Under the pieces are notes generated by a model that worked only from the letters and a program-made list of their open reading frames with translations, searched no databases and was not told where the DNA came from. Below are positions 9,330 to 18,548 of a stretch of 64,000 nucleotides of DNA, piece after piece; within the stretch, counting starts at the first letter, position 1, and the number at the start of each line of letters is the position of its first letter. The stretch lies in IMG/VR virus record IMGVR_UViG_3300042343_000347; one strand, given 5' to 3'. Made by a program: the position numbers and the translations under genes. The DNA comes from a virus.

Positions 9330-10317
9330 GATTTTTAGCCTTGCTTTCGCACATTATATCAGCCCATGAACGATGTGTCAATGCCCAATTATTTACTGCT
9401 TCATTCCAGTAGTAATCACTATGAGCGCGTAGTTTCTGTTTGTTATGGCCGCTTTCTAGTAGTGTAGTCAAGCACGGACGGCTGACGGTGCAGGCACTTG
9501 GTAGATGCTCTTCTCTACTGACACTATAGTGTATGACAGGGCGCACGCCACGCCAACTATCAATAACCATGCCAATACGGGGATCAGTTTTTTCAATGTA
9601 TTCTCCTGTTTTAATCCAATTGTGATGAATGTCGAGTACGATAGGAACAAGGTCAGCCAACTCTAGGCACGAATCGAGACCCCACGACATTTCTTCGTTT
9701 TCGATTGTGAGTCCATTTCTTGCTTCGGGGCTGAGTCTGTTGTAGGCCCGCCGGATGCCTTCGGGACCTTGGCGACCACTGATGTGGACGTTGATTTTAA
9801 TGTCCTGAAATGATTTACCATACCCCATGAAACGGGCCATATCTGCATGATATTCGAACTCCTCGATACTCTTATTTACTACCTCAGGACGATCACTTGC
9901 AAGAACAACAAACTGATCAGGGTGAAAACTTAGTCGTACATCATTGGCACGTGCAGTCTCACCTATAGGAGCCATCCAACGTTCTAGTGTATCCTGTACA
10001 TCTCTACGTAACCAAAAGTCTTTGTACTCATCCATTGTATAGAAACTAAACATATCGCTTGTGATACGCAACATACGTAGTTCATGCGGTAGTTCTGCTA
10101 CCTTTTTGACAAGCGCATGGGTATTGAGGATGTTGCGTTTGGCTACATCAATGATCTTGTCTTCAACTACTTGCCGCGATTTTTGACGTTTTGCCCACGC
10201 AAAAGTCGTGCCACCTGTGTTGAGGCCCTCGGTGCTAGCGATCTCGCCTTTTTTATTGATCTCTGCCCATTTGCAGGCAAAGCCAATGCGTTTGATATTA
10301 ATATTGAAGGTAGTCAT
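9286..10317 (-). CDS. uvsE: UV-damage endonuclease UvsE/UvdE
   Basis: RIGFACK, RITSD, RLSFHPDQF, HISG, IENEE, LDIHH, HYS, AHSD, MCESKAK. Confidence 0.92.
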   Translation of the reverse strand: MTTFNINIKRIGFACKWAEINKKGEIASTEGLNTGGTTFAWAKRQKSRQVVEDKIIDVAKRNILNTHALVKKVAELPHELRMLRITSDMFSFYTMDEYKDFWLRRDVQDTLERWMAPIGETARANDVRLSFHPDQFVVLASDRPEVVNKSIEEFEYHADMARFMGYGKSFQDIKINVHISGRQGPEGIRRAYNRLSPEARNGLTIENEEMSWGLDSCLELADLVPIVLDIHHNWIKTGEYIEKTDPRIGMVIDSWRGVRPVIHYSVSREEHLPSACTVSRPCLTTLLESGHNKQKLRAHSDYYWNEAVNNWALTHRSWADIMCESKAKNLASFKLYEYATNNQ

Positions 10318-10323
10318 GATATA

Positions 10324-10352
10324 AATATAACACAATAGATTATGAATGTCAA
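10324..10352 (-). promoter_or_regulatory. sigma70-type promoter for uvsE
   Basis: TTGACA-17 nt-TATATT, ATG 6 nt after the -10. Confidence 0.7.
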
Positions 10353-10361
10353 CACCAACTT

Positions 10362-11066
10362 ATGAAGTATGAGCCAAATCAAAAATACACTTATGTGACT
10401 AATGGGCAACGCAAGATTTCTATAGACTTCATGGGATTCTTGAATGGGGGCGGTACGTGGGGAAGTGTAAGGTTCATAAATACTCTCCAAAAATATTATC
10501 CTAACAAGTCTTTCCAAAAATGTTTAGAATGGTGCAGCGGCCCGGGCTTCATAGGCTTTGAACTATTATCTAATAATATTTGCTCAGAGTTAAGTTTTAT
10601 GGACATATATCAGCCTGCTTTGGACAACATAGCAGAGACTATAAAAAATAATGGACTCACTGACAAGATAACATTGCATAACGTAGGAAAACTGTCAGAA
10701 TTATCAGGAGAAAAATATGACCTGATATTGGGTAATCCTCCATGGCACAAAAAAGCCCCTGCTAGATTCGCTATCAAAGACGGTGAATATAATGGGGATT
10801 TCATGCGTAGAAATGTAGACGAAGGACTAGTGATACACAAAGAGTTTTTCAATCACGTGGGCGACCATTTAAATGAAAAGGGAGTGGTCATCATTAGCGC
10901 ATTAGACAATCGATATGACGATCCTAGACATATAGGGGTCAGCATACATGACTTCTATTCTATGGCCAAGAATACTCCGCTAAAATTGATCGATATTTAT
11001 TATCCTGATAGAGACTTGTCTAAGGGCTATTCTACCACATATTACGCTGTATTTGAAAAAAGGTAA
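10362..11066 (+). CDS. small SAM-dependent methyltransferase (HemK/PrmC-like, NPPW)
   Basis: LEWCSGPGFIG, MDI, YDLILGNPPW. Confidence 0.75.
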   Translation: MKYEPNQKYTYVTNGQRKISIDFMGFLNGGGTWGSVRFINTLQKYYPNKSFQKCLEWCSGPGFIGFELLSNNICSELSFMDIYQPALDNIAETIKNNGLTDKITLHNVGKLSELSGEKYDLILGNPPWHKKAPARFAIKDGEYNGDFMRRNVDEGLVIHKEFFNHVGDHLNEKGVVIISALDNRYDDPRHIGVSIHDFYSMAKNTPLKLIDIYYPDRDLSKGYSTTYYAVFEKR

Positions 11067-11072
11067 TTTCGA

Positions 11073-11078
11073 TAAATA
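11073..11078 (+). promoter_or_regulatory. phage late promoter-like TAAATA
   Basis: TAAATA in short intergenic gap upstream of ATG 11101; same motif precedes many genes. Confidence 0.55.
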
Positions 11079-11100
11079 CTACATATTTAGGACTATAAAC

Positions 11101-12255
11101 ATGAATTTCAGAAAACTTATCAAACTAGTGACCGAAGGGGTCAGCCCTTTCAGTAAAAATCTCAAAGTCATGAGCCTTGACCAATTCGTGGATAGTGAAG
11201 GCAAGGACGAAAAAGATGTTGAAGAAGCCAAATTATCGGGAGTCGCTAGTCGCAAATTTGATAAAGATGAACTTACAGCATATCTAGACAGAATTATCGG
11301 CAAAAATAAAGAGAAACAGGACAAATATCAGCGCCCATATATACACAGCGGCAATATACCTATCGTCAATGACGAAGGTAAGAAATATGACCTAGATGCC
11401 CTTCGCAAGACTTTCTCCGAGCGTCCCGCAAAGATTCTCAAGCAAAACGAAAAGATGCAACACAGCGACGGCACATCAAGCATTTTCTTCAATGTTGGTC
11501 TCCCTGCACTAAAGGGACTTGCCGTTGATGAAGACACCGGTGAATTTATAGTGATTGATACTTGTCCTGGCGCAGGCGCATGTAAGACATTCTGCTATGC
11601 TATGAAGGGTGGTTATGTTCAATGGAAGGCTAGCAGTTTGGGTTCAACTAAGATGCTTAACTTCTTGTACAATGATCCAGACGGTTTCATGGCTAAGTTA
11701 AGTGAAGAGATCGACCAAGCAGAGAAAAAGTACGGCAAGAAGGGTACCAAAGTTGTTATTCGTTGGCATGATGCCGGCGACTTCTTTAGCCCACAATACC
11801 TAGAAATGGCATACGATGTTGCTAAGAAACATCCTGATGTTGACTTCTATGCATATACTAAGATGGCTAGTGTAGCACAGGCGGCACGTCCTGATAACTT
11901 TAAGATGAACTTCAGCCAAGGTGCGGCTACTGGTCAAGAAAAGAAAATCGATTTCGTTAAGACTAAGAACAGTCGTGTAGTTCCTAAAGAACTATTTGCC
12001 GACGCATTAGAGAAGGATGAATCAGGTAAATGGCAATATAAGAACCCAGAAGCAGAAAAGGCTGTCAAGGATCGTATCGCTATCAAGTATAGTCTCAAGC
12101 CAGAGTCGGTCATCACTTACGATGAGATGATGAAGAAGCCGGCTGATAAAGATCCAGAAGCCAAAGGTAAATGGAATGTTATCGTCAAGCCGGGTGATGG
12201 TGACGATGCTGCCAATCGTAATGACGTATTGAGCAGTTTACTTCTTATTCACTAA
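11101..12255 (+). CDS. GP88-family (radical SAM-like) protein
   Basis: TCPGAGACKTFCYA cysteine cluster, IRWHDAGDFFS, FYAYTK. Confidence 0.7.
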   Translation: MNFRKLIKLVTEGVSPFSKNLKVMSLDQFVDSEGKDEKDVEEAKLSGVASRKFDKDELTAYLDRIIGKNKEKQDKYQRPYIHSGNIPIVNDEGKKYDLDALRKTFSERPAKILKQNEKMQHSDGTSSIFFNVGLPALKGLAVDEDTGEFIVIDTCPGAGACKTFCYAMKGGYVQWKASSLGSTKMLNFLYNDPDGFMAKLSEEIDQAEKKYGKKGTKVVIRWHDAGDFFSPQYLEMAYDVAKKHPDVDFYAYTKMASVAQAARPDNFKMNFSQGAATGQEKKIDFVKTKNSRVVPKELFADALEKDESGKWQYKNPEAEKAVKDRIAIKYSLKPESVITYDEMMKKPADKDPEAKGKWNVIVKPGDGDDAANRNDVLSSLLLIH

Positions 12256-13084
12256 CCTTCAATAAGTCTTTCAATTCAAATAAGTGCTTCATGTAACGGC
12301 TAGGATTATCTAGCACACTTACTGCGGCATCACCTTTCCTTCGAGGTCCGTACTTAACATCAAACTTGACGTTATTGACTTCCTTGTACATCTCTACCAT
12401 AGCGTTCACTGTAGTACCTACTCCGTGCCCTAAATTCTCAAGGCTATTTGCAGGTTCTTCGATAGCAGTCTTCAATGCTTCGCAAATCTCTAACACATGA
12501 ACATAATCACGAACACATGTGCCGTCTGGGGTATCATAGTCGTTACCGAATATAGTAAACTCACCCTTAGTTTCTGCCCACATTAGGTTCAGCATCAACC
12601 CATCAGGGTTAGTGGGCATCAATCCATAACTAGCACCGATCACATTATAGAATCTAAACATGCTAAAATCTTTAGGATGATGATTAGTGCAGTATTCCCG
12701 CACACAATCTTCCGCCGCCCGCTTACTGATACCGTATGCACTCTCACATAATGCGGCTGCACCGGTACTAGCAAAGATGAAATTATTAGTAGGTACTTTA
12801 TTCAGTACGTTCATAGTACCGTTCATGTTAGTGATATAATACATGATGGGTATGCGTTCACTCTCACTAACGTTGACCATAGCAGCCAGATGTATCACAG
12901 CATGATATGGTTCTGTTTGATCGGGAATAGTAAACAATCTGTTGATGTCAACATTATAAAATTTGCTTATCGGGACGACAGGATCTCTGATATCAAGACC
13001 ATGTATCTCGTATTGTCCTTCTAACATCTTGCATAGATGACTACCGATATAGCCTGAGCAGCCTGTTATTAATATTTTTTTCAT
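12245..13084 (-). CDS. galE: UDP-glucose 4-epimerase-like NAD-dependent epimerase
   Basis: TGCSGYIGSH, HLAA, YGISK (YxxxK), RFYNVIGA, DGTCVRDYVHV. Confidence 0.9.
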   Translation of the reverse strand: MKKILITGCSGYIGSHLCKMLEGQYEIHGLDIRDPVVPISKFYNVDINRLFTIPDQTEPYHAVIHLAAMVNVSESERIPIMYYITNMNGTMNVLNKVPTNNFIFASTGAAALCESAYGISKRAAEDCVREYCTNHHPKDFSMFRFYNVIGASYGLMPTNPDGLMLNLMWAETKGEFTIFGNDYDTPDGTCVRDYVHVLEICEALKTAIEEPANSLENLGHGVGTTVNAMVEMYKEVNNVKFDVKYGPRRKGDAAVSVLDNPSRYMKHLFELKDLLKVSE

Positions 13085-14415
13085 ATTCCCTCAAATAAGT
13101 TCGTTGATTCTAATTTTTCTACTGGTTGAAAAGTAGGATCTTTAGTCAAGTATGTATTGTCATCTGTGTAGATAACACTGAATTTATGCTTGTTGGTTAA
13201 GATACTACGCACATCATCGATGCAAATTATTTTTCTACCTAAACTTTGTATGAACTCACTATGTTGCACTGTATTAAAATTACAAATCTGTGCAGTGTTG
13301 TTATTGCTTTGTTTGCCTTTGAAATCATTGAAGCATTCATTCCACTTATGAAACACATCTTTTTCTCTATTACGATATGCTTCTAATATATCATTAGAAT
13401 ACCAAGTCTTAGCATCAGGAACATTATTATATAAATCTAACACAGTCTTAGCCATATTCTTTTTGTTGACTGTAAAAAAATGACGGCTATCAAAGTTTTG
13501 AGTCCAGCGTTGATTCTCTAATACTACTGTAGGCATCTGTATCATCTGTTCATAAAAAGCCATGCCATAACTCTCTACAGTGCTAGGGTTGAATGCTACC
13601 CTTGCGCCAGTGATGAAGTCTACCTTCTCTTGTCCTACAATGCTAGCACGAACATCATAGGTAGCACCGATCTTAGCCAGTCTATCTTCAAACTTCTTAA
13701 CACCATTAGGACTAGTCATTACTTTAGCGGGTAATTTAGTTTGTTCTATCAAATCGATAAACAGTTCAGGATTCTTACCTTCTTCCCAACGACCAATAAA
13801 CAATACACCTTCACGTGGTTTGTGATGTTCTTCTAACAATCCTTGCTCCGTGACGGGGATAGGTAAATGCCAAGCATTGTCAAATTGATGCTTATTGAAC
13901 ATGCTCTGTGTACCTACATAGATACCATCAGTCTGTAACTGTTGACGCATCACCACATTTGTATTGTACAAGAATGGATTCTTTGTGTCTTTGAACATTT
14001 GACTTTCAAGGTGTGTATACGCAATAATTTGTATAACATCCTCGAGGCCCATAGTACTAGCGACTTGTACAGTCTCGTATGTATTACAGATAAATGCATC
14101 ATATAGATTGTGTTCCAATGCTTCTACAATAGCAGTACGGAAGTTGGCCATGCGCTCATAGCAAAACGTATCACCATACATGAATATATTACTATGAAGA
14201 GTGTATGGCAGTGGTTCTAGTGGGGCAATGATGTTCGCTTTCAATGACTCGACAAACTCATTATCTTTAGGTTCTTTATCTGTAATGATATCGACTTTGA
14301 TATTATGCTCGTCCATCAATTCACAAAAACTCTTTGTAAATTGACCTATACCACCATGAGGTATCAATGTTTGATAACTCACTAAGAAGCCGATTCGTTT
14401 ATCGTAGGTTCTCAT
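13081..14415 (-). CDS. GT-B glycosyltransferase (GT4-like)
   Basis: HGGIG N-terminal loop, FIGRWEEGKNP, ESYGMAFYE (Ex7E). Confidence 0.8.
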   Translation of the reverse strand: MRTYDKRIGFLVSYQTLIPHGGIGQFTKSFCELMDEHNIKVDIITDKEPKDNEFVESLKANIIAPLEPLPYTLHSNIFMYGDTFCYERMANFRTAIVEALEHNLYDAFICNTYETVQVASTMGLEDVIQIIAYTHLESQMFKDTKNPFLYNTNVVMRQQLQTDGIYVGTQSMFNKHQFDNAWHLPIPVTEQGLLEEHHKPREGVLFIGRWEEGKNPELFIDLIEQTKLPAKVMTSPNGVKKFEDRLAKIGATYDVRASIVGQEKVDFITGARVAFNPSTVESYGMAFYEQMIQMPTVVLENQRWTQNFDSRHFFTVNKKNMAKTVLDLYNNVPDAKTWYSNDILEAYRNREKDVFHKWNECFNDFKGKQSNNNTAQICNFNTVQHSEFIQSLGRKIICIDDVRSILTNKHKFSVIYTDDNTYLTKDPTFQPVEKLESTNLFEGI

Positions 14416-14798
14416 TCTTCCACTTTAGTAATTTCTAACTCACAATCGATGATCATCTCGCATTCATCTTGTACCCAACCGTGATCGCATTCGAGGTCAA
14501 GCCAACTATTGCCCTCTTCAAAAAATTCTTCTAGCCACTCTTGTGTTTCTTCATCACATTCATCCATGTCATGCTCTTCCCAACAGCCGTCAGTAGTTTC
14601 TACTAGTTCAGATTCATAACCACAATCATAGATATTCACACCGGCTTCGATATCAGGAGGATTATCATCCTCAGTCTCTACGGTGAACTCACCCCAACGC
14701 CATCCAGTCTCAATCATAATACGATTGTCACCTTTATAAAGGTAATTACGTTCAATGATTGACTTCTTCCATGCGGGTTTTACACTCCAAGTTGCCAT
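14412..14798 (-). CDS. acidic hypothetical protein
   Basis: 128 aa, E/D/W-rich. Confidence 0.7.
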   Translation of the reverse strand: MATWSVKPAWKKSIIERNYLYKGDNRIMIETGWRWGEFTVETEDDNPPDIEAGVNIYDCGYESELVETTDGCWEEHDMDECDEETQEWLEEFFEEGNSWLDLECDHGWVQDECEMIIDCELEITKVEE

Positions 14799-15046
14799 TA
14801 TACGTTTCCTTTCAATTTAGCAATAAGATATTCATCTTTATGATACCAGCGATATTCAAACACAGGTTCGCCTGGACCTGTCCACATGGCTACTTTTCTA
14901 TATGCGAACTGTAGCCATAACCTTTTATCTGATAGCCAGCAACGTTTAGGTAACCAAGCGAATCGCAAGGTAGTACCTATACTATGGTGATCAAAATGAT
15001 CCCAATCATCTACTCTATCTCTACTGTTATAGAATGGCATTACCAA
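14798..15046 (-). CDS. hypothetical protein
   Basis: 82 aa, FAWLPKRC motif. Confidence 0.6.
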   Translation of the reverse strand: MVMPFYNSRDRVDDWDHFDHHSIGTTLRFAWLPKRCWLSDKRLWLQFAYRKVAMWTGPGEPVFEYRWYHKDEYLIAKLKGNV

Positions 15047-15249
15047 CTCTCTACGTCAGTAATGTCTAACTTTACCATCTCTTTAGGATCAAACTCAATT
15101 GTTACTGACGGTCCAATACCGCTAGGTGATGATTGCTTCCAAACAATTTGATTAACTGCATCATACATATCGAACACTTCTCTAAGTTTTTCAAACTGAT
15201 TGCGAGTGATCACAAATTGTTGTTCTTTTGATATAACACCTTCTGTCAT
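15040..15249 (-). CDS. hypothetical protein
   Basis: 69 aa ending DITDVESW. Confidence 0.65.
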   Translation of the reverse strand: MTEGVISKEQQFVITRNQFEKLREVFDMYDAVNQIVWKQSSPSGIGPSVTIEFDPKEMVKLDITDVESW

Positions 15250-15250
15250 G

Positions 15251-16108
15251 TTATGTTCCCCATTCGTTCTTAAACAATGGTACTTGCAGTCTATCGCTGT
15301 ACCTCAAACCATTCTTCATAGCAAAGTTTGCTACTTGTCTATTATTAAGACTGTACACACTTTCTACACCGCCTACGGGCATGACATACACATTACCTGT
15401 AAAACCTTCACTGCGATAAAGTTCTGTGACTTCTAATACTTCGTCCATATCTTCTTGACTTGCGATAACAAACTTAAGATATACATGACCTGATTCTTGA
15501 TATTGTAAAACAACATCAGGTCTGATCGCACGTTCACGCTTTTCACCACTAACACTGAGTTTTGCGCTTACGCTAAACGTGATACTATCATAACTGCGAC
15601 TGCTGAACGGATCACCCTCAGCCCAATCATATAAAAAGTCTACAAGTTCAGGCTTTAGTTTCTGACTACCGTTAGTCTCAAACGTGATCTCTTTAAGATT
15701 TTTCATGAAGGGATGACTGAGAAGTTTAGGATACATCTTCTGCCATCCTAACAGTGGCTCACCGCCTGTGATGACTAAGTGTTCGTCTCGCCACTCTTTG
15801 AAGGGGAGGATATCTTTGATTGAATCAGCGATGCCATCAACTGAGACACGCGGACTAAGATGCTTGAACCTAGGATCCCAACTAGCATAACTGTCACATC
15901 CGGTACTAACCAGTGGTAAATCTCTATAAGATTTATATAACTTTGCATCGACAGCATGACGTTCATTAGTTTTTTCTCCTCTGGGCATACCGAAACCATC
16001 GCAAGTGAAGTTACAGCCGAACGTTCTTAGAAAGACTGAAGGCACGCCCATGTAGCGACCTTCGCCTTGAATACTGTAGAATAGTTCACTTATCTTGATT
16101 GAGTTCAT
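15251..16108 (-). CDS. queE: 7-carboxy-7-deazaguanine synthase (radical SAM)
   Basis: ELFYSIQGEG, FLRTFGCNFTC...CDS with long insertion, ITGGEPL, FETNG, SDRLQ. Confidence 0.9.
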   Translation of the reverse strand: MNSIKISELFYSIQGEGRYMGVPSVFLRTFGCNFTCDGFGMPRGEKTNERHAVDAKLYKSYRDLPLVSTGCDSYASWDPRFKHLSPRVSVDGIADSIKDILPFKEWRDEHLVITGGEPLLGWQKMYPKLLSHPFMKNLKEITFETNGSQKLKPELVDFLYDWAEGDPFSSRSYDSITFSVSAKLSVSGEKRERAIRPDVVLQYQESGHVYLKFVIASQEDMDEVLEVTELYRSEGFTGNVYVMPVGGVESVYSLNNRQVANFAMKNGLRYSDRLQVPLFKNEWGT

Positions 16109-16496
16109 TTAAATACCTTATTAATTCTTTATCTGTAGGTTTCACACTGTAGTTCTGTTTAAAGAATATCTCATAACTATCACTACCGTATTTACCAATA
16201 CCATAGAGTATATTAGCATTTATTTTGTCCCAAGTCAAGTAATCACGGCTCATACCACGCAACCTTTTTTCCCTGATATTATACATACCAAGAGGCTTGA
16301 TGATATCGATCACTTGTTCTGGTGTACTATTTAGGAGACTTCTTGGGTTTGGAAACTTTTTTAGGAACTTTGGAAGCACGTACTTTACTGGCTTTCTTCC
16401 CGTTTGGTTCAGCATGATCACTCCTACCATGTGTTCCCATTCGTTCTTTATCTGTTGCTGAACCATTAGATCGTCTCTTAGTGCTTTTACCTTCAC
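16086..16496 (-). CDS. HhH-GPD DNA glycosylase (MBD4-like)
   Basis: IMLNQT, LGMYNIR, LYGIGKYGSDSY helix-hairpin-helix, PTDKEL. Confidence 0.8.
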   Translation of the reverse strand: MKVKALRDDLMVQQQIKNEWEHMVGVIMLNQTGRKPVKYVLPKFLKKFPNPRSLLNSTPEQVIDIIKPLGMYNIREKRLRGMSRDYLTWDKINANILYGIGKYGSDSYEIFFKQNYSVKPTDKELIRYLNELNQDK

Positions 16497-16665
16497 TTTG
16501 CTTCTCCCTGTATCTCAACACGCCATCTACTATGCCATATTCAGTAGTCTCTGTGACCAATCGCCAACCGTCAAAAACTACTATTTTTTCAGTGGTTTCA
16601 CGCTCTAAAAATTGCTTGAATTCTGATAGGCTATTATACTTTAATTTTTTAGGTATATACATCAT
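16327..16665 (-). CDS. hypothetical protein; C-terminus overlaps glycosylase gene
   Basis: N-terminal half fills the gap 16497-16665; Lys-rich tail overlaps next ORF by ~170 nt. Confidence 0.5.
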   Translation of the reverse strand: MMYIPKKLKYNSLSEFKQFLERETTEKIVVFDGWRLVTETTEYGIVDGVLRYREKQSEGKSTKRRSNGSATDKERMGTHGRSDHAEPNGKKASKVRASKVPKKVSKPKKSPK

Positions 16666-16928
16666 TGAAACTTGAGTTTGTACCAATTCAGTTCAGCATC
16701 AGAATATAAGTATATCCTAGTTCTATGATTGTCAGTCAAAAAAGCCCAGGTATATTTTTGTTTAGGATTTAAAAATTTTAATTCTCTACCCGGGCCAAAT
16801 ACTTGCCAGCACCATTCACGTATCGTACAAAAATCATGACCATCTTTATGAGGGTGGACGAACTCTAAGCAGTACCCAAAGTTCGCACCACCGGCAAATC
16901 TACGATCTAATTTTTGTATGATTATCAA
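16662..16928 (-). CDS. hypothetical protein
   Basis: probable TTG start right after PRTase stop; REWCWQVFGP motif. Confidence 0.6.
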   Translation of the reverse strand: MIIIQKLDRRFAGGANFGYCLEFVHPHKDGHDFCTIREWCWQVFGPGRELKFLNPKQKYTWAFLTDNHRTRIYLYSDAELNWYKLKFQ

Positions 16929-16929
16929 A

Positions 16930-17454
16930 TTACCACCAGTCTTCCCAAGGGAACACACACCATTCGGGATTCTCGGCTTTGTTGATCGCCAGGCCAACAA
17001 AGTCTGTCTCAAATTCGCTTGCTTGATTTTCGATCAATACAGCAAACCTGACATTCTTATGCCAAACACTAGCCCATGCTGTTTGTTCTTTAGGTAAGCA
17101 ACCGCCTTGCCAATCGCTAACAATATTTTTAAATGTATTGCCAGTGTCATTGATGTCGTCAACAATCAAGATATTCTTGCGCATAGAAACATCCCAGCGA
17201 CTCTTATATGTCTCTTGCTCTTCAGATGGAACAGTGCCAAATGCGTCCTCTGCCATCCATAGATTAGACTCAGCAGGATCTAATGCATAGAAAGGAATGT
17301 TTAGGTAATGACTAAGCATCACGCCAGGAATCAATCCTCCCCTAGTCAAACCTACAATATAGTCAGGTCTGTAGTCGGCAGTATACATCTGACGCACGAT
17401 TTCTAGAACCCCGCCCTTGACGAATTCATCTGTGTAATACATTTGTTTATCCAT
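16930..17454 (-). CDS. type I purine phosphoribosyltransferase (xanthine-guanine PRT-like)
   Basis: IVGLTRGGLIP, PRPP loop ILIVDDINDTGNT, WCVFPWE C-terminus. Confidence 0.85.
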   Translation of the reverse strand: MDKQMYYTDEFVKGGVLEIVRQMYTADYRPDYIVGLTRGGLIPGVMLSHYLNIPFYALDPAESNLWMAEDAFGTVPSEEQETYKSRWDVSMRKNILIVDDINDTGNTFKNIVSDWQGGCLPKEQTAWASVWHKNVRFAVLIENQASEFETDFVGLAINKAENPEWCVFPWEDWW

Positions 17455-17456
17455 AA

Positions 17457-17648
17457 TTACCAATGCCTCATTACGTTTGCTATGATGAATAGACATGTTA
17501 TCACATGTAACACTACCCATGAAGTTTTTAGGAACAATGCGATACGGGCTTCACGCAAAGTAAGTACAGGGACTCTAGGGCGATCCTCGTCGGTCTCACC
17601 CATTAGATGCCCTGTTGCTCTAGCCCAAATTTTTACTAGACTGTTCAT
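17457..17648 (-). CDS. small membrane protein
   Basis: C-terminal hydrophobic helix. Confidence 0.6.
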   Translation of the reverse strand: MNSLVKIWARATGHLMGETDEDRPRVPVLTLREARIALFLKTSWVVLHVITCLFIIANVMRHW

Positions 17649-18094
17649 GCTTCGTAAATTGCGCTGTTTGCACCATGTTCGGCACATTCTACACGCACAC
17701 AATAACAACGATTGTTAGATTTCTCGCGAATTAAGTTATCAGCATAATTAAAAGCATGTTCAGCAAATTTTTCTGCGCCCACACCATTAAAATATGTAAG
17801 TTTTGCCAACCCCAATTCTTCTAAATGTTGAAAATCTGCAACGTGCGGGTCTGCTGTATCTAAACAAACCTTATGATCAAAACTGTCTTCTAACCATTTC
17901 TTTAAATCTTTAAGACCCCCGAAATCTACAGCCCAGTTTTTATCATCTAATGTCTCACATCCAAAAGTAAACTTGAATGATAAACTATAGCCATGCAATA
18001 AATGACAATGACTATGCCCTGCATTGGGCTGTCTAAAGACTGCCGATAAACCTATGTTGTGTCCGTATGTTTTTGTTGAATAGTACTTTGCCAT
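17645..18094 (-). CDS. queD: 6-carboxy-5,6,7,8-tetrahydropterin synthase
   Basis: CHLLHGY (CxxxHG), VDFGGLK, FDHK, AEKFA, terminal E...NSAIY. Confidence 0.9.
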   Translation of the reverse strand: MAKYYSTKTYGHNIGLSAVFRQPNAGHSHCHLLHGYSLSFKFTFGCETLDDKNWAVDFGGLKDLKKWLEDSFDHKVCLDTADPHVADFQHLEELGLAKLTYFNGVGAEKFAEHAFNYADNLIREKSNNRCYCVRVECAEHGANSAIYEA

Positions 18095-18126
18095 CTCTAG
18101 TCTCCTTTACTAATGAGCAAGTTTGA

Positions 18127-18167
18127 TGGCGGCAGAATTTATAAATCGGGATGACGCCAAGACCGAT
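18127..18167 (-). ncRNA. preQ1-I-like riboswitch candidate (H-type pseudoknot) in queD leader
   Basis: AUCGG-UCUUGGCGUCAUC-CCGAU-UUAUAAAUUCUGC-CGCCA: 5-bp P1, 13-nt loop starting U and ending CAUC, A-rich tail, loop UGGCG pairs with CGCCA. Confidence 0.55.
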
Positions 18168-18171
18168 GTGA

Positions 18172-18339
18172 TTATACGCTTTTTACTTCGTATTGTTCGC
18201 TAATTTTAGTAGTCAATGTTTCCCATAATGGCTCTAGTGCATTACGCGGATCCAACTCTACTTCTTGATCAGTGATACAAGATACATCATAATTGACGAT
18301 AACCTTATCACCTTTGTTATTCTCAAATGTTAACTTCAT
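18172..18339 (-). CDS. hypothetical protein (55 aa, not in ORF track)
   Basis: manual translation MKLTFENNKGDKV...YEVKSV; AGGAG RBS, ATGA overlap. Confidence 0.65.
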   Translation of the reverse strand: MKLTFENNKGDKVIVNYDVSCITDQEVELDPRNALEPLWETLTTKISEQYEVKSV

Positions 18340-18548
18340 ATCCATCTCCTAACTATCACTGTTCCATATCTGTACATATGTGTCTCACAGCCTATTCTGT
18401 CAGTAACACTGTGTACTAATTGTATCATCTTTGCGCTGTTTCCGCAAATGATTTCTAATGGGAATTCGCCCTGATTCATCAATATAAAGTTCTCTACCAT
18501 AGGTTCGACCTCACTATGTCTGACACCGTGTAGGTCTAACTGATTCAT
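18336..18548 (-). CDS. Smr-domain-like small protein
   Basis: LDLHGV...EIICGNS. Confidence 0.6.
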   Translation of the reverse strand: MNQLDLHGVRHSEVEPMVENFILMNQGEFPLEIICGNSAKMIQLVHSVTDRIGCETHMYRYGTVIVRRWI

